The notes under the pieces: model-generated | What the model saw: the letters and a program-made list of their open reading frames with translations, nothing else | The model's database searches: none | Told to the model about the DNA's origin: nothing | Origin: Candidatus Sericytochromatia bacterium | GTDB lineage: Bacteria > Cyanobacteriota > Sericytochromatia > S15B-MN24 > UBA4093 | Length of the DNA stretch: 64,000 bases | NCBI GenBank assembly: GCA_036676985.1 | Contig: JAKFBU010000076.1 | Location: forward strand, 1 to 64,000 | Direction of reading: 5' to 3' | Program-made: the position numbers and the translations under genes | In this document: positions 57,585 to 64,000 of the stretch, in pieces | Position numbering within the stretch: position 1 is the first letter of the stretch | Layout of the letters: each line of letters begins with the position of its first letter

Positions 57585-58220
57585 ATGATGTCCCGGATCC
57601 GTTTCCGGCTGGTGGCCCTGGTGGCCGCGGCCGTCCTCACCTCGACCCTCAATGCCTGCGTGGTCGTCACCCCCTGGCGTATGCTCTGGGGCGGCTGGCA
57701 GGAAGGCATTCCCCACGATCCCTTGATCTTCAAGAAGCTCCCCGAGCCCAAGGCTCGCCAGGCGGCCGCCGCGGCGCTGGTCGGCCTGCGGGAGAAGCCG
57801 TACCGCCTCAAGGACGTGCGGGTGCTGCCGGGTCCTGCGACCAACTCGGTGCTCCTGATGGGCTCGTTGCCCTTCAACCCGCCCGAGCCGCCCAAGGAGT
57901 TCGAGGAGGACGTTCCGGCCAACTACCGGAGCGCGGTCTTTCCGGTCTTCGTGAAGGTGACCTGGCACGAGGGCTCGCTGACCCACTTCGACGTCCACGC
58001 GCGGATCATCCGCACGCCCTTCCGGGCGGGCTGGTCGGACGCCTATGACGCCACCGGCAGCGCGGACGCCACCCCGGCCTACCTGCTGCAGCGCGCGAGC
58101 GACATGCGCACCCGGGACCAGATCCGCCAGATGGACGCGGAGCTCGACCGGCTCAACGAGACCCTGGCCAACCATGTCCGTGCCGACCTGCCCTGGGTGG
58201 TCGAGGAGGTGTCCAAGTGA
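57585..58220 (+). CDS. Hypothetical lipoprotein
   Basis: Lipobox LNAC; GAGGAG RBS. Confidence 0.72.
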   Translation: MMSRIRFRLVALVAAAVLTSTLNACVVVTPWRMLWGGWQEGIPHDPLIFKKLPEPKARQAAAAALVGLREKPYRLKDVRVLPGPATNSVLLMGSLPFNPPEPPKEFEEDVPANYRSAVFPVFVKVTWHEGSLTHFDVHARIIRTPFRAGWSDAYDATGSADATPAYLLQRASDMRTRDQIRQMDAELDRLNETLANHVRADLPWVVEEVSK

Positions 58221-58996
58221 AGCGTCTCTGGGCGATCGCCCTCGCCACCCTTTCCGTCGCCGCTCCGGCGTTCGCCAACGACACCCTGCCCTCCTCCGAA
58301 GAGCTCGACCCCTACATGCTCGAGCTGAGGCCCGAGCTGCGCCACCGCATGCAGGCCACCCACTTCATGGGCCTGGCGGGCATCGGGCAGGTCGAAGGCG
58401 AGCCGGCCTACGCCCTGGACCTGGCGGGATGGTCCTACTGGGACCGTCGCTTCTACGCGGCGGCGAGCCTCGGGGGCGTCTTCTTCTCGCCCAAGACCTT
58501 CGGCATCCAGAAGGATCCCCAGAAGCCGGACGACCGGGGCAACTTGCTGCTTCCGGCGGGTGAGGCCGCGGTCGGCTTCAATCTGGTCGGCATCAAGGAG
58601 CCCTCGAACGAGCTCGAGCCGCTGTTCAACCTCAACGATCGGGCGTACCTGACGGTGGGCGCGGGCGTTGCGGCGGGCTTCACGTATACCAAGGCCGATC
58701 AGTACGGCTTCGGCATGACGGTCGGGCCCATGGTGGCCACTCGCTACAAGCTCATGGACTGGCACAACCTGAACGTCTACGGGCGTTACCTCTACGGTTT
58801 GAACCGGGCGGCGGACTCCTACGAGGCGGCCCTGCATACGAGCTTCGGGTCCAACGTCATCGAGTTCGGGTACCGCGGCGGCCAGTCGGCCTCCTACCTC
58901 AAGCGCGACGTGGCGAGCGGACAGGACACGCTGCTCGCGGTGCCTGCGGCCGTGCCCTACGGGGCGTGGTTCGTGCGGTTCTCGCAGGGTTATTGA
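58217..58996 (+). CDS. Probable outer-membrane beta-barrel protein
   Basis: Signal peptide (AFA), aromatic-rich alternating strands, C-terminal WFVRFSQGY; 4-bp overlap with the lipoprotein. Confidence 0.7.
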   Translation: MKRLWAIALATLSVAAPAFANDTLPSSEELDPYMLELRPELRHRMQATHFMGLAGIGQVEGEPAYALDLAGWSYWDRRFYAAASLGGVFFSPKTFGIQKDPQKPDDRGNLLLPAGEAAVGFNLVGIKEPSNELEPLFNLNDRAYLTVGAGVAAGFTYTKADQYGFGMTVGPMVATRYKLMDWHNLNVYGRYLYGLNRAADSYEAALHTSFGSNVIEFGYRGGQSASYLKRDVASGQDTLLAVPAAVPYGAWFVRFSQGY

Positions 58997-59000
58997 CGAG

Positions 59001-59172
59001 GAGAACCCCCCCAGCCCCCCCTCTAGAGGGGGGGTAAGGATTATTGGTGGGGGAAAGCAGGGCTTCCAATGGATCATGGGTTGGGGAAAGCAGAGCTGCT
59101 CCAATGGATCCTGGATGTAGCTACTCCTCCCAAGAGCTCCCCCCCTCTAGAGGGGGGGTAGGGGGGGTCCTC
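59001..59172. repeat. MITE/BIME-like element with about 35-bp terminal inverted repeats and internal direct repeats
   Basis: GAGAACCCCCCCAGCCCCCCCTCTAGAGGGGGGG ... CCCCCCCTCTAGAGGGGGGGTAGGGGGGGTCCTC; inside GGGGAAAGCAG..CCAATGGATC twice. Confidence 0.75.
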
Positions 59173-59262
59173 CTTATTCCTCCCCCGCCTCTCGTCCACC
59201 ATGTCCAACCCCCCGCTGCACCTTTCCAGCTACCATAGGGGCTGACCGAAAGGAGGCTGGAC

Positions 59263-60240
59263 ATGGAGACGTTTCGAGCGGTCGTCCTGGACGAGTCCGG
59301 AGCCAGCCTCAAGGACCTGCCCCTCTCGACCCTGCCGCCCGGCGAGGTGCTCGTCGACGTCGCCTACTCCAGCCTCAACTACAAGGACGGCCTCGCCCTC
59401 ATGGGCCGCAACAAGGTCGTCCGCCAGTACCCCATGGTCCCGGGCGTCGACCTCGCGGGCATCGTCCGCGAGTCGAGCGATCCCCGCTACGAGCCGGGCG
59501 ATCGCGTCGTCCTGACGGGCTGGGGCGTCGGCGAGCGCCACTGGGGCGGCTTTGCCCAGATGGCCCGGGTCTCGGCCGACTGGCTCGTCCCCCTGCCCCA
59601 GGGCCTTGACCTCCTGGAGGCCATGGCCATTGGCTCGGCCGGCCTCACGGCCATGCTCTGCGTGCTCGCCCTCGAGGACCGCGGCCTCGGGCGCGATCGC
59701 GAGGTCCTCGTCACCGGGGCCGCGGGTGGGGTGGGGAGCGTCGCGGTGGCCGTCCTCTCGCGCCTCGGCTACCCCGTCGCGGCCGCGACCGGCCGCCCCG
59801 AGGAGGAGTCCTTTTTGCGGAGCCTCGGCGCCCAGACCGTCCTCGACCGCCGGGAGCTCTCGGCCCCCTCCGACAAGCCCCTCGAGACCGAGCGCTTTGG
59901 AGGGGCCGTGGACGTGGTGGGCGGCGAGCTGCTCGCGGGGATCCTGCGCCAGATGGCCTACGGCACGAGCGTGGCCGCCACGGGCCTCGCGGGCGGGCGC
60001 GAGCTCCACACCACCGTCCTGCCCTTCATCCTGCGCGGTGTGAGCCTGCTCGGGGTCGACTCGGTCCGTACCCCCCTCGCCCTGAGGCGCCGTGCCTGGG
60101 AGCGGCTCTCCACGGACCTGCCGCGCGAGCTATTGGCCCGGCTCATGCAGGTGGTTCCCCTCGGCGCGACCTTGACCCTCGGCCCCGCGATCCTTGCGGG
60201 GCGCGTCAAGGGACGGACCGTCGTCGACGTCAACGCCTGA
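59263..60240 (+). CDS. acuI: MDR oxidoreductase, YhdH/AcuI (acryloyl-CoA reductase) family
   Basis: YSSLNYKDGLA, PGVDLAG, VTGAAGGVGS, TVLPFILRGV.LLGVDS. Confidence 0.9.
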   Translation: METFRAVVLDESGASLKDLPLSTLPPGEVLVDVAYSSLNYKDGLALMGRNKVVRQYPMVPGVDLAGIVRESSDPRYEPGDRVVLTGWGVGERHWGGFAQMARVSADWLVPLPQGLDLLEAMAIGSAGLTAMLCVLALEDRGLGRDREVLVTGAAGGVGSVAVAVLSRLGYPVAAATGRPEEESFLRSLGAQTVLDRRELSAPSDKPLETERFGGAVDVVGGELLAGILRQMAYGTSVAATGLAGGRELHTTVLPFILRGVSLLGVDSVRTPLALRRRAWERLSTDLPRELLARLMQVVPLGATLTLGPAILAGRVKGRTVVDVNA

Positions 60241-60499
60241 CCGGCTGACTTTTAGCGCCGGAAGACGTCAGTTTTGGCGCCGGACACGCCATAACTTCTG
60301 AACGGTCCGGCCGCTGAGTCAGCCGGGAAGCCGAGTTTGCTCACCACAAAGCTTAACGTCCACGCAGCAGATTGATCATGACGACGTCGCACTCACCGCG
60401 CATCCTAACACCTGACGAAAGGCCTTGTTTCACGGCAGCCGGGGCTCTCCGGCGTTCGGGACCGGGGGAGGCCGGCCGTTCCATGCCGGGGATGACGCC

Positions 60500-60871
60500 G
60501 TGAGCCACCGCCTCCTGGTCGTCGAGGACGACCCCTCCAACTCCCGCCTGTTCCGCCTCATCTGCGAGGCGGCCGGCTACCAGGTCTCCGAGGCCACCAA
60601 CGGCTACCGGGCCCTCGAGATGGTCCAGTCGGAGCCGTTCGACGTGGTCCTCATGGATCTCCAGATCCCGGGGGTGGACGGCCTGAGCGTGACCCGGGCG
60701 ATCAAGGCGCGGGCCGAGACGGCCCACCTGCCGGTGATCATCGCGACGGCCCGGGTGGAGGACGCCGCGCGGGCCAGCCTCAAGGAGGCCGGTGCGGTGG
60801 CCGTCCTCCTCAAGCCGTTCACGCGCCGGGTGCTGATCGATTGTCTGGATCGGGTGCTCAGAGGCTCCTAG
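60500..60871 (+). CDS. Single-domain response regulator (DivK/CheY-like)
   Basis: LLVVEDD, VLMDLQIP.VDG, ATA, LKPF. Confidence 0.92.
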   Translation: MSHRLLVVEDDPSNSRLFRLICEAAGYQVSEATNGYRALEMVQSEPFDVVLMDLQIPGVDGLSVTRAIKARAETAHLPVIIATARVEDAARASLKEAGAVAVLLKPFTRRVLIDCLDRVLRGS

Positions 60872-61940
60872 AGGCAAGGTGGGGGGCCAGGAGCTCTCCT
60901 ACGGCCGACACCCAGCTCGGATGGGAGTTGAGGGACGGCACCAGCCGCAGGTCCTCGCCGCCATGGGCGCGGAAGGTCTCCCGGGCGCGCAACCCGATCT
61001 CCTCGAGCGTCTCGAGGCAATCCGCCGTGAAGGCCGGGCACATGACGGCCAGGCGCTTGACGCCCGCCTGGGCGAGCTCTGCGAGCCGCTCGTCGGTGTA
61101 GGGTCGGATCCAGGGCGTGCGCCCCAGGCGCGACTGGAAGGAGACGCTGTGGGCGCCCTCCGGCAAGTCCATGGAGCGGGCGAGGGCCCGGGCGGTGGCG
61201 AAGCACTGGGCCCGGTAGCAGCTCCGGTTGACGTCCGTGAGGGTATCGCAGCACCCGGCCGAGGCCAGGCAGTGGGATCGCGTGTCGTCGCCCTTTTTCA
61301 GGTGGCGCTCGGGCAGCCCGTGGAAGCTGAAGAGCACGTGATCGGGCCGGAACTCGGTGAGCGTCGGGGCGGCCACCTCCGCAAAGGCCCGCAGGAAGGC
61401 CGGGTGATCGTAGAAGGGCTCCACCACCTGGACCGAGGGCATCGTCCACCAGGTGCCGAGCACCCGGTAGACCTCGGCTACGGCCGTGCCCGTGGTCGAC
61501 GTGGCGAACTGGGGAAAGAGGGGCAGGACGATCAGGCGCTCGACGCCACGGGTGCGCAACCGCCAGAGGGCATTGGGCAGCGAGGGCGCGCCGTAGCGCA
61601 TGCCGAGCTCCACCGGGACGTCCGGCCCGAGGGCCGCCTGGACCTGCCGCGCCAACTCCTGCGCGTGCACCATGAGGGGCGAGCCCGCCTCCGTCCAGAT
61701 CTGGCGGTAGGCCTCGGCGGACTTGCGCGGCCGGAAGGGCAGGATGACGAGGTTCAAGAGGAGCCAGCGCCCGAAGGCCGGCATGTCGAGCACCCGGGGG
61801 TCGCCGAGGAACTGCCGCAGGTAGTCCCGGACCTTGCCGGACGTGGGGGCCTCGGGGGTGCCGAGGTTGATGAGCAGGCAGCCTGTCTTTCCGGGTCGGG
61901 GGTCCATCGTCTCCAGCCAGTCGCGAGGGGTCGGCGTCAT
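60858..61940 (-). CDS. hemH: Ferrochelatase (no C-terminal CAB domain); true start may be ATG 61907
   Basis: LINLGTP, GMRYG.PS, FSFHGLP, FQSRLG..PW..P, FTADCLETLEE, LNSHP. Confidence 0.96.
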   Translation of the reverse strand: MTPTPRDWLETMDPRPGKTGCLLINLGTPEAPTSGKVRDYLRQFLGDPRVLDMPAFGRWLLLNLVILPFRPRKSAEAYRQIWTEAGSPLMVHAQELARQVQAALGPDVPVELGMRYGAPSLPNALWRLRTRGVERLIVLPLFPQFATSTTGTAVAEVYRVLGTWWTMPSVQVVEPFYDHPAFLRAFAEVAAPTLTEFRPDHVLFSFHGLPERHLKKGDDTRSHCLASAGCCDTLTDVNRSCYRAQCFATARALARSMDLPEGAHSVSFQSRLGRTPWIRPYTDERLAELAQAGVKRLAVMCPAFTADCLETLEEIGLRARETFRAHGGEDLRLVPSLNSHPSWVSAVGELLAPHLASRSL

Positions 61941-62027
61941 GCCGATCTTACGCGCCGGATCCCGGGGCGTCCAGTCGCCAAGAGCCCGGGGCGACGCCTC
62001 GCGCCGCCCCGGGCCTCGCGGGTGCGC

Positions 62028-62357
62028 CTATTGGATGCGCACCAGGGCCTGGTACCGGTTGTCTCCGGTCTTGATGTAGAGGATGTCGCCTTGGGGTGCG
62101 CCGCCGGCACCGCCGCCCGAGAGCCGGAACAGCGTGTAGCCTTCGGCGTTGCCGACCTGGGTCAGTTGGTCGTTACGCAGGGGCAGGGCCTCGCCGCGGG
62201 TCTGGTAGATCCCGTTGTTGAACGCGATCGTCTCCGCGCCCATGCTCGGCTCGTAGACGACCTCGGTCGCCTTCTCGCCGCGCATGCCCGCGCAGCCCGC
62301 CAACAGTGCTCCCGCCAGGCCTGCCACGAGGGCGAGACCGAACAGCTTCGAACGCAT
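62028..62357 (-). CDS. Small hypothetical lipoprotein
   Basis: Lipobox LAGC; GGAGGAGG RBS. Confidence 0.72.
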   Translation of the reverse strand: MRSKLFGLALVAGLAGALLAGCAGMRGEKATEVVYEPSMGAETIAFNNGIYQTRGEALPLRNDQLTQVGNAEGYTLFRLSGGGAGGAPQGDILYIKTGDNRYQALVRIQ

Positions 62358-62588
62358 GCAGAGTCCTCCTCCCGTTGGGTTTTGAGCGTCTAGAGCATAG
62401 ATCGACTTCCCGGGGCTGGCATGGGCCCCCGTACCAAAAGGCCTTGGTCGTTTCGAACAGCCCGGGGCGGCCACGCTTGGCCGCTTTCCGGGCGATCGCC
62501 TCTCGAGGGCTTGTAGGTTAAGGGGTATTTAAGGTAAAATTAACGCAGCTATCCTAGCCTTACCAGCGAAGCGAGGTAGATCGTGTCC

Positions 62589-64000
62589 ATGCGCTCGTTC
62601 AAGCCGCTGTTGGCCCTGTTCTCCGCCGCCGTGGTGGCGAGCTGCGGCCTGATGCCCGGCTCCAACCCCCTGGGTGGCGATGAGGGCAAGCCCATCGTCT
62701 TTGGCAACCCCAACCAGATCGTCGCCGTCGAGATGACCTTCACGGATCGCAAGCAGGTCCAGGGGCTCGCGGACGCGGGGGTGGACTTCTGGGCCATCGA
62801 CCGCAAGGGCAAGCGCATCAAGGCCGCCCTCGACCAGGCGCAGTACGAAGCCGCCGTGAAGCTCGGCCTCAAGATCACGCGCCGGAGCGATCGCTACCTC
62901 AAGAACACCTTCGACAAGGGCTACCACACCTACGACACCATGCTCGCCGAGCTCAAGGACGTGGCCGCCAAGTACCCGCAGCTCGTGGAGCTGGTCGACA
63001 TCGGCGACGGCTGGGAGAAGACCCAGGGCCAGGCCAACCGCGACCTGTGGGCCGTCCACTTCAAGAAGGCCGGCGCCGGCAAGCCCACCGTCATGTTCGC
63101 GGGCTGCCACCATGCCCGCGAGCTCGTGACGCCCGAGATGGTGCTCGGCATGGTCCACCACCTCGCCAACGGTTACGGCAAGGACGCCGAGGTGACGGCG
63201 GCCGTGGACAACCGCGACATCTGGCTGGTGCCCATGGTCAACCCGGACGGGCATGCGCTCGCCGCCAAGGGCGCCAACCAGCGCAAGAACACCAACAACG
63301 TCACGGGCGGCAAGAGCCGCCGGGGCGTGGACCTGAACCGCAACTACGACGCCTCGTGGGGCACGGCGGGCGACTCCGGCAACGCCGAGTCGGACACCTT
63401 CCGCGGCACCAAGGCCTTCTCGGAGCCCGAGACCCAGGCCATCCGCGACCTCATGACCCGCATCAAGCCGGTCATGTACCTCACCTTCCACTCCTTCGCC
63501 AACTCGGTCATGTGGAGCTGGGACAAGACCACCGCCCCCCCTCCGGACAAGCGTCTCGAGCCCATCGGCAAGGCGCTCGGCAAGCTCTCGGGCTACGACG
63601 CCTACCAGGGCAGCCAGATGTACGTCAACAGCGGTGACGACGTGGACTGGGCCTTCGAGAAGCTGGGCACGCTCGCCTACACCGTCGAGATCGGCGGCTA
63701 CAGCGACGGCTTCGATCCCCCCTACTCGCGCGTCGCCCAGTTCTGGAACGAGAACCGGCCCATGATGCTCTACACGCTCAAGATCGCGGACAACCCGAGC
63801 GCGGTCTTCGGCCCCGAGGTCACCGCCGCCGCGGTGGCGGGCGGTCGCCTCTCGATCGCGGGCAAGAGCCCGGTCGCTGCGGCCGAGTACTTCGTCGGCA
63901 AGCCCGGCGTGGCCGGCTCCGGAACGCCCCTGCGGGTGGACGGCCTGACGGCCACGGGGCTCGCCCCCGTCACCGAGGGTCGCCACCTCCTCTACGTCCA
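62589..64000 (+). CDS. M14 zinc carboxypeptidase (carboxypeptidase T-like) lipoprotein, truncated by window end
   Basis: Read by hand: MRSFKPLLALFSAAVVASC lipobox; HHARE, NPDG, RKN, GVDLNRNY, FSEPET, TFHSF, VEIG. Confidence 0.93.
   Translation, partial: MRSFKPLLALFSAAVVASCGLMPGSNPLGGDEGKPIVFGNPNQIVAVEMTFTDRKQVQGLADAGVDFWAIDRKGKRIKAALDQAQYEAAVKLGLKITRRSDRYLKNTFDKGYHTYDTMLAELKDVAAKYPQLVELVDIGDGWEKTQGQANRDLWAVHFKKAGAGKPTVMFAGCHHARELVTPEMVLGMVHHLANGYGKDAEVTAAVDNRDIWLVPMVNPDGHALAAKGANQRKNTNNVTGGKSRRGVDLNRNYDASWGTAGDSGNAESDTFRGTKAFSEPETQAIRDLMTRIKPVMYLTFHSFANSVMWSWDKTTAPPPDKRLEPIGKALGKLSGYDAYQGSQMYVNSGDDVDWAFEKLGTLAYTVEIGGYSDGFDPPYSRVAQFWNENRPMMLYTLKIADNPSAVFGPEVTAAAVAGGRLSIAGKSPVAAAEYFVGKPGVAGSGTPLRVDGLTATGLAPVTEGRHLLYV

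Noticed and set aside
59049-59110. CRISPR array from the two direct repeats
   Set aside because: Only two imperfect copies with a 7-nt spacer and no cas genes
60412-60432. Hammerhead ribozyme core CTGACGA
   Set aside because: No GAAA and no compatible stems after the putative stem II

Overview
High-GC bacterial chromosome segment with no rRNA, tRNA, CRISPR array or transposase visible. Positions 1-17017 hold the 3' end of tuf and the contiguous S10-spc-alpha ribosomal protein cluster through truA-rplM-rpsI. The proteins look cyanobacteria-like (especially L3), but rpsJ is still linked to rplC, rpmD and rpsD are in the cluster and infA is not. This suggests a non-photosynthetic relative of Cyanobacteria such as Sericytochromatia (inference, untested). 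The remaining 47 kb is mixed housekeeping and accessory DNA: a serine module (class V aminotransferase plus serA), folE and queDEC, ggt, hemH, several secreted or lipoprotein hydrolases, an orphan N6-adenine methyltransferase with a fused specificity domain, three histidine kinases, two single-domain response regulators and a type IV pilus/T2SS-like cluster. The most unusual items are: (1) a circularly permuted PafA-type alkaline phosphatase; (2) a histidine kinase head-to-head with an apparent paralogue lacking the His and the ATPase domain; (3) a GGDEF-fold protein lacking the GGDEF motif; (4) a 16-aa motif shared by the S5 N-terminal tail and an unrelated winged-helix-like protein; (5) strong enrichment of the HIP1 octamer GCGATCGC; (6) several families of short intergenic repeats and phased promoter motifs. 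All calls come from reading the sequence and recalling family motifs; no searches were run.
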